Part shown: piece by piece, positions 33,650 to 44,161 of the stretch
Layout: each line of letters starts with the position of its first letter
Position numbering within the stretch: position 1 is the stretch's first letter
Source of the DNA: an uncultured bacterium
GTDB lineage: Bacteria; Verrucomicrobiota; Verrucomicrobiia; Limisphaerales; UBA8199
NCBI GenBank assembly: GCA_963749495.1
Contig: CAVVMW010000019.1
Coordinates: 294,970-358,969, forward strand
Reading direction: 5' to 3'
Length of the DNA: 64,000 nucleotides
Translations under genes and position numbers: made by a program
The notes under the pieces: model-generated
The model's input: only the letters and a program-made list of their open reading frames with translations
What the model was told of the DNA's origin: nothing
Database searches by the model: none

Positions 33650-34550
33650 ACCCCGGCCCCGGCTGCCGGATTGGCTGCGCATCCGCCTGCCCGCCTCCGA
33701 CCGTTTTGCCCGGACGCGCTCACTGCTCGACGAACTGAGGCTCCACACCGTCTGTGAGAGCGCCCGCTGCCCCAACCATTGGGAGTGCTGGGAAAAGGGG
33801 ACGGCCACCTTCATGATCGGCGGCGACCGCTGCACGCGCGCCTGCCGCTTTTGCGCCGTCGCTACGGCCAAACCGTTGCCCCTCGATGCCGACAAACCGG
33901 ACCGCGTCGCGCAAGCCACGCGCCGCATGCGCCTCAGGCACGTGGTCATTACCGCCGTGGCCCGCGACAACCTGCCGGATGGCGGCGCGGGCCATTTCGC
34001 CCGGACCATCCGGGCCGTGCGCGCCCTCAATCCGCAAACCATCATCGAGGTCCTCACGCCCGACTTCAACGACCGCGATGCCGCTATTGACGCCGTCCTG
34101 GCCGCCAGCCCGCACATCTTCAATCACAACCTGGAGACCGTCCGCCGCCTGACCCCCTCGGTCCGCTCCCGCGCCACCTACGAGCGCTCCCTGCGGGTCC
34201 TGGGCAAAGTCAAGGCCAGGCGCCCCGGTTCCATCTATACCAAGTCCGGCCTCATGCTCGGCCTGGGCGAAACCCAGGCCGAGGTGCTCCAGGCCCTGGC
34301 CAATCTCAGAAACGTTGGCTGCAACCTGCTCACCCTCGGCCAGTACCTCCAACCGACCCTCCAGCATCTCCCCGTGCAGCAATTCGTCAGCCCCGCCACC
34401 TTCCAGGCCTGCGCCCAATACGCCCGCGCCCTGGGCTTTGTGCACGTCGCCAGCGGCCCCATGGTGCGCAGCTCCTACCACGCGGACGAATTCGACCCCG
34501 CCGCCCCGGGGCTTCCCGGGGCTTCGGTTGTGGTTGAGGACCCGCCATGA
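33627..34550 (+). CDS. lipA: lipoyl synthase
   Basis: CESARCPNHWEC, CTRACRFC, 'VRSSYHA'. Confidence 0.96.
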   Translation: MPGSNLTEPRPRLPDWLRIRLPASDRFARTRSLLDELRLHTVCESARCPNHWECWEKGTATFMIGGDRCTRACRFCAVATAKPLPLDADKPDRVAQATRRMRLRHVVITAVARDNLPDGGAGHFARTIRAVRALNPQTIIEVLTPDFNDRDAAIDAVLAASPHIFNHNLETVRRLTPSVRSRATYERSLRVLGKVKARRPGSIYTKSGLMLGLGETQAEVLQALANLRNVGCNLLTLGQYLQPTLQHLPVQQFVSPATFQACAQYARALGFVHVASGPMVRSSYHADEFDPAAPGLPGASVVVEDPP

Positions 34551-35047
34551 ACGTGGACAAGATGCTGCGGGCGCTGAACGAGGAGCAGGTGGATTACCTG
34601 CTCATCGGCGGGATGAATTTTCTCCTGCAGCACCTGCCCGAACTGACTTTTGACGTGGACATTTGGGTCCGGGACCAGGCCGGGAACCTGGACCGGCTCA
34701 ACCGCGCCCTGGGCCGCCTGGGCGCCGAGTGGGGGCCCACCGAGGCCGCGTGGGCGCCGGTGCCGCAGGACTGGCGGTGGCTGGAGACGCAAGCTGTCTT
34801 TTGTCTGACCACCCAGTACGGCGCGCTCGACGTGTTTCGCGACGTCCTGGGCCTGGAGGGACGATACACCGAGTGCAGGACGCGCAGCGTTCCGGCTCAG
34901 ACGGCCAGCGGGATTCGATTCGATGGCCTGTGCGATGAAGACATGCTCGCGTGCCAGGAGGCGCTGCCGCCGGGCCAGCGCAAGCTCCGGCGCATGGAAA
35001 TCCTGCGCCGAGCCATGCGGCAGGCCAAAAAACCGCGCCAACGATGA
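34547..35047 (+). CDS. Pol-beta-superfamily nucleotidyltransferase-like protein
   Basis: 'YLLIGG', 'T.DVDIW', 'LD.F'. Confidence 0.7.
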   Translation: MNVDKMLRALNEEQVDYLLIGGMNFLLQHLPELTFDVDIWVRDQAGNLDRLNRALGRLGAEWGPTEAAWAPVPQDWRWLETQAVFCLTTQYGALDVFRDVLGLEGRYTECRTRSVPAQTASGIRFDGLCDEDMLACQEALPPGQRKLRRMEILRRAMRQAKKPRQR

Positions 35048-35223
35048 ACCTGGATAAGATGAAGCGAGAGGAGGAACGCAAGCGGGATGCCGCCTACGCC
35101 CCCGTTGCGCGCTGGGAGCATATCCAGCGGACCATCACCTGGGCCGAAGCCAACCTGCCGCCGCACTTGCGCCGCAACCGGCCGCGACAGCCCAGCCCCC
35201 GCACGCGGGTCGGTCCAGCATAA
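35044..35223 (+). CDS. small hypothetical protein coupled to the nucleotidyltransferase
   Basis: ATGA overlap; 59 aa 'MNLDKMKREEERKR...ITWAEAN'. Confidence 0.55.
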   Translation: MNLDKMKREEERKRDAAYAPVARWEHIQRTITWAEANLPPHLRRNRPRQPSPRTRVGPA

Positions 35224-35328
35224 GGTGCCGGGATTGGCAATGCTTCCCCGGTTTCATGGCCCGGGGTGTGCACTCAAACGCACAGTTCTCAGGGAGACCG
35301 GGCCGGTGTAAAAGAGAGGGGCAACTCC

Positions 35329-36690
35329 ATGAAACCGCGATTTGAACCGGGTGTCCTGGTTTCCGAGCCGGGCCTGCCGCAGCCGGGGAACCTCGATAGC
35401 TCAGGCGCGCAGTGCAGCCTGGCGGCGATGCCCGCAGAATGCACGCGGGAGACGGTGCGTTTCATTCTCCGGGAGATGTCCGACGAGCACTGGGCCGGGT
35501 TCAGGGCGTTGCTGGATCGGCACCTGGGCCAACCCCGCAGCTCCGACGATCTCGGGGTGCTCGAGGTCGTTTTCAGGCTCGGCGAGTCGGTCACCAACGT
35601 GGAGATAGCCGCCCAGGCCCTGGCTGACAAACACTCGGGCCGGAGGCTGCTCCAGCCGGAGGTGGCCCGGAGAAACGCGCTGGCCAGGGTCCCGGCAGCC
35701 GGGGCGCTCAGGATGGATCCGCAGGCGGCCTACCTGGAGGCCAAGGCGGCCCTCGAGCAGGCCCAGCAGACGGCCAGCCGTGCCGGGCACACCCTGGCCT
35801 GCCAGTACGTCCAGCCCACCGCCTCCTACAAACACGCGCGGAACACGGTCTTCCGCGTCATCGATGCCATCCTGGAGAGCCCGGAACTGATGGCCGAGGC
35901 CGGCCGGATCGAAGGGGAGTTGCTCGGCATCGGGCCGGTGAGCCGGGGCAGGATGCGATGGGCTCTGCACCGGATGCCGATGGGCGACCGGATGAAAGTC
36001 ATCCGGCTGATCCCGCTCAACACGATCCTCATGTGTTGCGAGCCGGAGCAAGGCGGGGCCGGGCAGGAGGCGAGGGTCCGGGCCACGCGGGACCGGCGTT
36101 TGGCTTATGATTGGTTCGTCCGGGGCCGGAGCGACAAGGAATTGGCGGCCGCCTATGGGTTGTCGGCCAACGCGGTGAAGAACGAAGTGGGGGTCATCCT
36201 CCGAACGCTCAGCGCCAAGCCGCTGGCGCGCAAACTGGCCCTCGAATACCTGCGGCGCGTCGAGCCGGTCCAGTCCATGGGCATCGATGAGGTCAGGAGC
36301 CGCATGAAGCAGTTGAGCCCGGAAGGCCGGTGCCGAATCCTCAACGGCATCCCCAATTGCGCCTGGAAGGCCAGGGGGGCCATCCACCTCCATAAACACC
36401 TCTTCCTGGATTATCTCTCCGGCGAGTGGGTCCTGGCCGCGCTGGTTGACTACTACAACCTCGAGAAGGGCAAGCGCATCGCCGGCAAGTTCAGATTCGA
36501 CGGAAATCTCACCGTCCGGGGGGCCAATGCCGCCATCGCCGGGATGCTCGCAAAAATCGCCGGGGAGCCTGGCCTCACAAGACAACTCAGGCAGTGGACC
36601 TCTGCGGAGCCGGGGGCCGAACCGTCCCCCGCCGAGGACGAAATGGAGCCGGATCCGGAAGAACTCATGCCCCTCTGCACCGGACTTTGA
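35329..36690 (+). CDS. hypothetical protein with sigma-region-4-like HTH
   Basis: Long ORF with host-like codon use; 'GRSDKELAAAYGLSANAVKNEV'. Confidence 0.55.
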   Translation: MKPRFEPGVLVSEPGLPQPGNLDSSGAQCSLAAMPAECTRETVRFILREMSDEHWAGFRALLDRHLGQPRSSDDLGVLEVVFRLGESVTNVEIAAQALADKHSGRRLLQPEVARRNALARVPAAGALRMDPQAAYLEAKAALEQAQQTASRAGHTLACQYVQPTASYKHARNTVFRVIDAILESPELMAEAGRIEGELLGIGPVSRGRMRWALHRMPMGDRMKVIRLIPLNTILMCCEPEQGGAGQEARVRATRDRRLAYDWFVRGRSDKELAAAYGLSANAVKNEVGVILRTLSAKPLARKLALEYLRRVEPVQSMGIDEVRSRMKQLSPEGRCRILNGIPNCAWKARGAIHLHKHLFLDYLSGEWVLAALVDYYNLEKGKRIAGKFRFDGNLTVRGANAAIAGMLAKIAGEPGLTRQLRQWTSAEPGAEPSPAEDEMEPDPEELMPLCTGL

Positions 36691-36811
36691 GTGACTTTCG
36701 CGACCTTTGTCGTTGCCTTTGTCGCAACCTTTGTCGGAAACCGGCCCAATTCGACAAAGATTGCGACAGAGGTTGCGACAAAGGCACCAAAGTCATCCAA
36801 AGTCCGGTGCA
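36676..36811. repeat. 136-bp MITE-like element (family A, TGCACCGGACTTTG shell)
   Basis: Terminal IR TGCACCGGACTTTG / CAAAGTCCGGTGCA; paralog at 49803-49938. Confidence 0.85.
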
Positions 36812-36923
36812 ATAGGGCTCTGCCCGCCGTGTCGCTCCCACCTTTACTCAGGCCCTGCTGGCCTTACTGACGTGACGATTCCGCCATTGACGGGGCACTT
36901 TCAACCTGACATGCTCTTGCGCC

Positions 36924-39362
36924 ATGAATAGAGCAGCCCTGACCGCTAATTGTTGTTCCTCTCTGCTGAGCCTGGCCGTGGGCCTGGCGGCGCTTCAAGC
37001 CGGGGCAAGGCTCTATGGGTCCGATGCTTCCTTCTACGTCGTGAAGAAGGGCTTCCGTTACACGCAGGCCAGCACGGCCCCGCCGACTTCTCCGGACGCC
37101 ACGAACGGGTATCGGTTCGAGGCGGACGTTTATCCCGCCGTTTCGGGTTTCATCACTAATGCATGGGTCACGGTATCCGGGTCGAACGTGCCCACGCCGC
37201 TTGCCTTGATCAGCTCGGAGACCCACTTCCAGTTCAAGAACTCGAAGAACAGCCTCGGCAAGATGAACAGCGCCTTTCCCGATGGCACGTATAAATCTGC
37301 CATAGGTGGCTTACATGACGGCCTGCAAAAGCCGGCGCTGGCGCTGCTGGGAGACGCCTACCCGCTGACGCCTTACGTCACCAATTTTCCCGCGCTCCAG
37401 GCCGTCAACGCCAATGGCTACTCCGTGGTTGCGTGGAGGGGCTACGGGTCCGCCCCGACGCCGGATTTCGTCCGGCTGACGGTCTCGGATGCCGCCAAGA
37501 ACAACCTCTACCAGAGCCCGAACGTGTACCAGCAGGGGGCCTGGGGCGGGCAGACGGCTTACGCGGTGATCGGACCGGGCAACCTGGACCCCAACCAGAC
37601 GTACACCGCGGCGCTGTTCTTTCAGAAGAACGTCGCAACCAACCTCGCCAGCTACCCCGGGGCGCTCGGCTTGGCCGCTTACTTTTCCGAGACCAAAGTC
37701 TCACTGGTAACCTCGGGCGCGGCGGCGCCCGATGTCCAGACAGTGGAGGTGACCAAGAGCGTGCAGTGGATACAGACCAACAGCGGACCGGCGGGGCCCG
37801 ATCCGGCCGGCACGTACCAGTTCAAGGCCGAAGTCGATGCCTACCTGCCTGGCGCGCTCACCGCCGGCTCGGTTGCCTTCCCAGCCACCTCCAGCGGTCC
37901 CACCAACCGGAGCCTGACACTGGATCCGGACCTGCTCACGCTGGCCTGCCTGGATAACGTCTGGACGCCGCAGGCGCTCGATGCGCTCTACGCGCAGGGC
38001 AACTACACTATCACATTCAACACACCGCACGATGGCGCCAAGTCCCTCACCCTGTCCCTTCAATCTGTGACCAACGCGCCGCCGCCCCCGCACTTCGCCA
38101 ATTTCGATGCCATCCGCACCGTCAATGCCAGCCAGCCCTTGAGCGTGTCCTGGGACCCCTGGCCCGGCGGCGGCCCGGGTGGCTTCGTCCAGTTCCGAAT
38201 CGAAGACCTCAACGGAAACAAGATCTACGCGACACCGAATCTCGGCGCACCGAAGGCCCTCAATGGCGGGGCGACCAACGCGACGATCGTTGGCGGAACC
38301 CTCGCCCCGGGGCAGACCTACCGGGCGACCATCACTTTCAACCGCCTCGTCGGGCTCAACACGACCAATTATCCCGGCGTCCTTCACCTGGGTAATTATC
38401 GGTCGCGGACCGAACTTGCCATTTCCACGCTGCCGGCGGACCTGGCCGGCTACGGCATTTCCAAGGGTTTGGTTTTCACCCAGACCGGCGCTGGCTCCCC
38501 TGCCCCGTTGCCGAGCGGCGGCGGCGTCTTCACCGCGCAGGTCCAGGCCAATGCCGCCGGCTCGGTGCTCGGGGCCGCCATCATCACTCCCTCGGGCCTA
38601 ACCAATTCCCTGGCGCCCCAGGCCGGCGCAATGGGGTGGTCTTTCACCGGCCTGCTGCCGGCAAAGGCCGACCTGGACTCGAGCTTTCCTTTCGGCATCT
38701 ACACCGTGCAGGTCAGTTGCGCCCACGACGGCCAGAAGGTCCTGCCCTTGCCGCTGCTGACGGCGTCTTACCCGAGCGCGCCGCACCTCACCGGCTACAG
38801 CGCCGCGCAGGCCATTGATTCAACCGCCGATTTCACGCTCGCCTGGGACCCCTGCGCGGGGCTCGGCACCCCCGTCTTCATCCAACTGACGGTTTCGGAC
38901 ACCAGCGGGAACTTGGTCTTCAAGACGCCTGACCTGGGGTCGCCCGGAGCGCTGGACGGCTCAGCCACCTCCGCTCTCATCCCGGCCGGCGCCCTCGACT
39001 CAAATCAGTCTTACCAGGCGGCGTTGATGTTCCAAGGCCTGGAGTGGCTCGACACCACCAATTCCCCGGGAGCGACCGGCCTGGCTGCGGTCTCTGCCAC
39101 CACCCGTTTCACCCTCGGCACAGGGGCCTCCGGCAATGGTCCGACCCTTTCGCTGAGCCTCATAGGCTCCAATCACCTTTTCCAGGTGACCGCCACCGGC
39201 GTGGCCCCGCAGCAGGCCTACCGCGTGGACGGGTCCCCCGACTTGCCGCCCCACTGGACCCCGCTCATTACCAATACACCTTCCGGCAGCACGCTCTTCT
39301 TCCTGGATCCCAATTCAGCGGGCCGGCCTCGATTCTTCTATCGCATCGTGCCATGGCCTTAG
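36924..39362 (+). CDS. secreted protein with three ~235-aa internal repeats and C-terminal 'FFYR' domain
   Basis: Signal peptide; thrice-repeated 'K....Q', 'F.A.V', 'G.Y...HDG.K', 'QTY.A'. Confidence 0.75.
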   Translation: MNRAALTANCCSSLLSLAVGLAALQAGARLYGSDASFYVVKKGFRYTQASTAPPTSPDATNGYRFEADVYPAVSGFITNAWVTVSGSNVPTPLALISSETHFQFKNSKNSLGKMNSAFPDGTYKSAIGGLHDGLQKPALALLGDAYPLTPYVTNFPALQAVNANGYSVVAWRGYGSAPTPDFVRLTVSDAAKNNLYQSPNVYQQGAWGGQTAYAVIGPGNLDPNQTYTAALFFQKNVATNLASYPGALGLAAYFSETKVSLVTSGAAAPDVQTVEVTKSVQWIQTNSGPAGPDPAGTYQFKAEVDAYLPGALTAGSVAFPATSSGPTNRSLTLDPDLLTLACLDNVWTPQALDALYAQGNYTITFNTPHDGAKSLTLSLQSVTNAPPPPHFANFDAIRTVNASQPLSVSWDPWPGGGPGGFVQFRIEDLNGNKIYATPNLGAPKALNGGATNATIVGGTLAPGQTYRATITFNRLVGLNTTNYPGVLHLGNYRSRTELAISTLPADLAGYGISKGLVFTQTGAGSPAPLPSGGGVFTAQVQANAAGSVLGAAIITPSGLTNSLAPQAGAMGWSFTGLLPAKADLDSSFPFGIYTVQVSCAHDGQKVLPLPLLTASYPSAPHLTGYSAAQAIDSTADFTLAWDPCAGLGTPVFIQLTVSDTSGNLVFKTPDLGSPGALDGSATSALIPAGALDSNQSYQAALMFQGLEWLDTTNSPGATGLAAVSATTRFTLGTGASGNGPTLSLSLIGSNHLFQVTATGVAPQQAYRVDGSPDLPPHWTPLITNTPSGSTLFFLDPNSAGRPRFFYRIVPWP

Positions 39363-39580
39363 ACGGCGTAGGGTCGAGGGTCGAGCGACTCCAATTCGGG
39401 CGCGCATCCGTTTTTCTGCGAGGCGCCGGAGGGCCGAAGAACAGGAATCCCTCGACCCTCGCCCCCCTTCCCGCCCCGCCGCCGGGGAATCCCCTGGACC
39501 GTGTTGAGGAGTCTCACCGGGAACACAAGGGGTTGCCGCCCCGATGGTTAGGAGTCTCCTCCCGCCCTAGCTTGTGAGGT

Positions 39581-39955
39581 ATGAGAAGAACAAAGCGAGG
39601 CGCCGCGAAGACTGCCGCCGCCCTCCTGATTGCCGGTCTGCTGGCCTGTCCCAGCGTCCAAGCCGCCCTGATCTCCGTCACCTCGACGGTCCCCAACCAA
39701 ACCGCGCGCACGGCTGACCTCAGTTCGTTCATCGGCATGGATGCCAATGGCACCTGGACGCTCTGCGTGCAGGACATGCTCAAGGGCAGCCCGCCCGCCA
39801 CGGTCCAAAGCTGGGGCCTGGACCTTCGCACCACGCCGATGCCGGAACCCACGACGCTCATCGCCGCAGGCGTCCTCCTGCTCCCCTTCGCCGCCAGCAC
39901 CATGCGGACCTTGCGCAATTCCCAAATCCGCATGGCCACGGGCACCGCCGTATAG
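39581..39955 (+). CDS. short PEP-CTERM protein with partial proprotein-convertase P domain
   Basis: 'LSSFIG...NGTWTL.VQD...SWGL', then 'MPEPTT' + TM + basic tail. Confidence 0.75.
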   Translation: MRRTKRGAAKTAAALLIAGLLACPSVQAALISVTSTVPNQTARTADLSSFIGMDANGTWTLCVQDMLKGSPPATVQSWGLDLRTTPMPEPTTLIAAGVLLLPFAASTMRTLRNSQIRMATGTAV

Positions 39956-40157
39956 TGGATTGATGGATTGATGGATTAGTGGATTGATGGGTTGGCCCCA
40001 GTCCACGCGGTCATGGGCACCGCCAAGCAAGGGATTGGTGGATTGATGGATTGGTGGATTGATGGGTTGGCCCCAGTCCACGCGACCAGAGGCACGCGGT
40101 TTCACGTTTCACGTTTCACGTTTCACGCTTCACCTTTCACGTTTCACGCTTCACGCT
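39935..40157. repeat. duplicated ~75-bp unit with TGGATTGA octamers, followed by TTTCACG heptamers
   Basis: GTGGATTGATGGGTTGGCCCCAGTCCACGCG occurs twice. Confidence 0.85.
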
Positions 40158-40208
40158 TTCCTTCAATACGAAGGCCGTCCCGTTCGTCTGTGTTCAGAGA
40201 GGCAACGT

Positions 40209-40712
40209 ATGATGAGATTGATTATGAGCGCGCTGGGAGGGGCCGTTCTCGCCGGCGGCTGTGTGGGAGGCAACGGCCCGGAGCCGGTTGTTTATTACGT
40301 TCAACTGGTTCGCGCCATGGACAGGGCGGAGCCACCGGCTGGGGACGCCCGGCCCCTGGGCCCCGGGTTGCTGGCCACGTTCAAACCGGTGCTGCGGTGC
40401 AAGAGCTATTGGGAGATGTGCCGGCTGGAGACGGCCGTCGAGCCGGGGCGGGTTGTCCGCCTGCCCTTGAACAAACAGCGCGCTGTGGAGATCAACCTCA
40501 CCGACCCGAGGCACCGGAGGGTTGCAGCCTTGGAGGACGGCAGGGTGGTCGAGCGGACGACCTCGCCGACGGGCCAGTCACGGACGATCATCGGCGGCGC
40601 CCGGGACAAAGAGAGCCTCTGGTTCATCGTGGTGCGCCGCGACAAGCCGCCGGGGCAGGTGGACCCGGGAGTGGGGACAGCACCCCATATCCAAAAGCGT
40701 CGCGGAGAGTGA
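40209..40712 (+). CDS. hypothetical lipoprotein
   Basis: Lipobox 'LAGGC'; AGAGG upstream. Confidence 0.6.
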   Translation: MMRLIMSALGGAVLAGGCVGGNGPEPVVYYVQLVRAMDRAEPPAGDARPLGPGLLATFKPVLRCKSYWEMCRLETAVEPGRVVRLPLNKQRAVEINLTDPRHRRVAALEDGRVVERTTSPTGQSRTIIGGARDKESLWFIVVRRDKPPGQVDPGVGTAPHIQKRRGE

Positions 40713-40829
40713 AGATGCAGCCTCAACGCTAAGGAGCCATGGGCGGGAGCGCAGGGGGGGGGGTACCCTGGCAAGGGGGGCGGCTGCAACGAGCACGAGC
40801 AGCCGCCCCTCGACATTCGAGTCTGATCA

Positions 40830-40972
40830 AGAGCCTGTCCCAAACACCCTGCGAATGAGGGACCTTTGTCGCGGCCTTTGTCGAAACCTTTGTCGGATTG
40901 GCCATTTCTCGACAAAGGTGCCGACAAAGGCTGCGACAAAGGCCCGGAATCAGAGTTTTTGGGGCAGGCTCT
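40830..40972. repeat. 143-bp MITE-like element (family A core, AGAGCCTG shell)
   Basis: AGAGCCTGTCCCAAA / TTTGGGGCAGGCTCT ends. Confidence 0.8.
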
Positions 40973-40975
40973 AAT

Positions 40976-43214
40976 CTAAAAGCGGTACTGGATGCTGGAA
41001 AACAGGAGATGGGCCTCGTAGTTGTTGAAGCCGCCGGAGGCATAGTCCTGGAAATGGGTGAAGGCGTATCGGAGGTTGAGGCGGATATTCTTGCTGATCT
41101 TGTGGGTGAGCATGGCCGTGAGGCCGTATTCCTGGACGGCAGCGCCCAGGGGCAAGCCCGCGGTTGAATTATCCACGAAATTGTCCGGTTGATAATAGAA
41201 GAAGCCCAGATTCAGATCGGTCTTGTCGTCCAGGACGATGCCGGTGTTGAAGCTGAGGGTCCAGTAATCGTTTTGGGCCTTGAGGACGGCAGCGGTGAAG
41301 TCCGAGGTCGGGGTCCGTGTGTCGCTCAGCACATAGTCCAACCCGAGCTGGAGGCTCAACCGGTTCCAGGGCACCCACCCGGCGTTGAGGCCGATGATGT
41401 GGCTGGTCATCGTGGCGGACTCGGTCTCGCTCAGCCCTGAGAACAGGGTCCGGACCGGTGTGGACGTAGGACAACTGGTACTCATAGCGGCCCACCAGGG
41501 TAACGTTCTGGACGGGCCGCCAAGTGGCGCGCACGTTGCCGTCATAGGTGTCGAAGCTCTGCAGGACCAGGTAGCCCGGGTAGCGATTGAGGCTGTTGGT
41601 GGTGTTGGGAGTGCTGTCCACGATGTTGTTGTAGTCGTATTCGTGGCTCTTGTAATAGCCGCCGGCGTCGAGGCTGAGGCGGCGAGTGGGGTACCGGCGG
41701 ACGCCGGCGAAGTATTTCTGGAAGAGCCGTGACTCATCGGTGGAGAGTTGGATGGGCGGCACGCCGATGCCCGCAACCTGGCTCAGGCCCCCGTTCTCCT
41801 TGAGGTTGCCCCTGCCCTCGGTCAACTCGGGTCCGGCGTAGAAGACCCAGTTGGTGACGCCGGTGTAGCGGAAGTCGACCCGTTCGGTCACGTCCAGTTC
41901 GTCCTGGTCGCCGCGGGCGCTGAACGGTTCGGTGGGGAAGGCGCCCAGGGTGCCCGTGCCCGCCGCATCGGCGTCCGAGTCCATCTTTTCCACGCGCACC
42001 GACGGGACGATGGTGAAGTGGCTGGTGGGCAGGGCCAGGGCGTTGAGGTTGAAAACGTAATCGTGCAGGCGCGAGCCGCCGTGGAGGTCGAAATAGCCCA
42101 GGCCGCTCAAGGCATTGGGGGCGAAGGCCAGGTTGAAGTCGTCCCCGTAGATGTTGTTTCCGGAGAAGGTGTTGTCGACATTATCGTAGAGGAAGCCGGC
42201 GGAGAGCAGGAGGTCCTTCTTGAGCCAGGATTCGGCGAAGGCATGCACGCTGAACATGTCGTAGTCGGTGCCCTGGCGGTCGGTAATCCGCTGCTGGAAC
42301 GCCGCGCCGGGCTGTGAGGTGGTGAACAGGCCATCGTTCATGCTGGCCTTTTCGTAACGGATTCCGGCGCCGAAATCGACGATCTTGATCCGATGCGTCA
42401 CATCCAGCTCGAAGGTGTCGAAGGTCTCGTCCAGGCCATAAGAGCCGGGGAAGATATTGCGCGTGCCCTGCGAAGTATTGACGGGTCCCCAGAGGGTGGA
42501 ACTCTCGTCGCCTTGACGGTAACGGTGCGTATAGCGGAAGGTGACCTTCGGGGCGTTCTTCAGGTTCAGGCCCGCCTCCAGGAAAACCTGGCCCCGCTCC
42601 AGTCCCAGACCCTCGCCCGCTTGCGAGAATTGCAGGTTGTCCGGCCCGAAGAAGCCCCCGGCGCTGTCGGACCAGGTCCGGAAGTTCTCGAAACCCACAC
42701 GCACATAGCCGGTGTCCTCGCGTTTGAGAGCCAGGTTCAACTGGTAATCGTGATCGTCGAAGATCGAGTGGCCGTCCACGGTCACGGTGGTCTTCTTATC
42801 GAGGTTGCCCTCGACATGGAGGTCTTGGATGCCGCCGAAGGCGCCGCGTTTGAGCTGCTCCCGCTGCTCGGCCTGGCCGGCATCGCCCCGGACGATGAAA
42901 CCGCCGGTGGAGAACTCGACCCAGTTCTTGTAGGCGGCCTCGCCCTCGAACATCTGCTCGGGGGTGAGCGCAGCGGGGGTCTGGCCGGCCTTGGCGGGCG
43001 GGGCATTGGTCGCCGTTTCATCGGCCTTGGCGGGGGGCGCGTTGGTGGGGGCCTGGCAGGCTTGGGCCGGAGAGGCCTGGGCAGGGGCCTCGGCGGCGCG
43101 CGCCGCGGCCATCCCGCCCCCGAATCCTAATGAGGCGCACAGCGCGCCACAGGCAATCCACCCTCGGTCAGCGCGCCTGCGGGCGAGCCTGGTTGATCCG
43201 AATGCGGTAATCAT
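40976..43214 (-). CDS. large outer-membrane beta-barrel, MtrB/PioB-like porin (frameshift near 41443; ~745 aa joined)
   Basis: Signal peptide, alternating amphipathic strands, terminal 'SIQYRF'; directly downstream of a DmsE-like cytochrome. Confidence 0.8.
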
Positions 43215-43232
43215 CGAGTATCGGGTTGAGGG

Positions 43233-44093
43233 TTAGAATCGGAGGGCTTGGTTGATGCGGGAGCCGTGTACGGCCTCGTGGCAGCCGACGCTCCAGCAGG
43301 TGCCTTGCCTCAGGCGCAAGGTGTGATCGGAGCCGCCGATGAGGATGACACCGCCCTTGACCTGTTGGAAGTGGCATTTGAGGCACAGGTTGGAATCGCG
43401 GACGGTGAGTTGCTTGGCGTTGATGGAGCCGTGAACGGCATGGCAGGTGGCGCAGCCTTCGCGCAACGCCTCGTGCTCGAAGGTGAAGGGTCCGCGCTGC
43501 GCGGGATGGCACTCGAAACAGGTCTGGGCCTGCGAAGGCAAGGCGGTGCCGCCGCCGGCGAAGGCCCGGCCTTTATGGGGCGGATGGCACTGGGTGCAAC
43601 TCATCCTGCCCTCGGGCACCAGATGATGAAAGAGCAGGTTGAATTGCCCGCGCACGTCGGCGTGGCATTGATAGCAAACCGTCTCGACGGCGCGCGGGGG
43701 CGGCAACTCGCCCAGCCCGACCCCCGATGCCGCCACTTGCGGACGCCCGGCCGTGAAGCTGTAGGGCGGCTTGGTCTCACCGCCCGATTCGGAGTGGAGG
43801 CTGCACGGGCCATGACACGACTCGCAGCCTGCCTCGATGGCGTTCGGGCCCTCGGCGATCAGGCGGGCGTGGTCGGCGGTCTTGAAGCCGCGCGTGATTT
43901 CCTCGTGGCACTGCTCGCATTCCTTGGAACCAATGTACTTTGCCCCGGGCACATTGGGCAGCAGGACCACGGTGCGGCTGATGCTGCCGCAGGAGATCAC
44001 GGCCAGCAGGCCAACGGCCCCGGCGGCCAGCGCCAGTCCTCGTCCCCACCACGGGGAGAGCCTGCCTCGTCTGCACGATGTGGCAATCATCAT
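43233..44093 (-). CDS. DmsE/MtrA/PioA-like multiheme cytochrome c (7 CxxCH + 1 Cx4CH)
   Basis: 'YIGS.EC..CH', 'GCESCHGP.S.H', 'RGPF.FEH', 'C..CH..HGS.N..L', terminal 'CH..VHGS'; possible lipobox 'VISC'. Confidence 0.88.
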   Translation of the reverse strand: MMIATSCRRGRLSPWWGRGLALAAGAVGLLAVISCGSISRTVVLLPNVPGAKYIGSKECEQCHEEITRGFKTADHARLIAEGPNAIEAGCESCHGPCSLHSESGGETKPPYSFTAGRPQVAASGVGLGELPPPRAVETVCYQCHADVRGQFNLLFHHLVPEGRMSCTQCHPPHKGRAFAGGGTALPSQAQTCFECHPAQRGPFTFEHEALREGCATCHAVHGSINAKQLTVRDSNLCLKCHFQQVKGGVILIGGSDHTLRLRQGTCWSVGCHEAVHGSRINQALRF

Positions 44094-44161
44094 GAGGTCT
44101 TCAGTTATCGGTCGTTTCTTCTGTGTCAAATCAGGGGCGGCAATCCAGCCTGGTGGGAGCT

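Noticed and set aside
39935..40090. Two 31-bp direct repeats as a mini-CRISPR
   Set aside because: Only two copies, and the intervening sequence is itself duplicated, so this is a tandem duplication.
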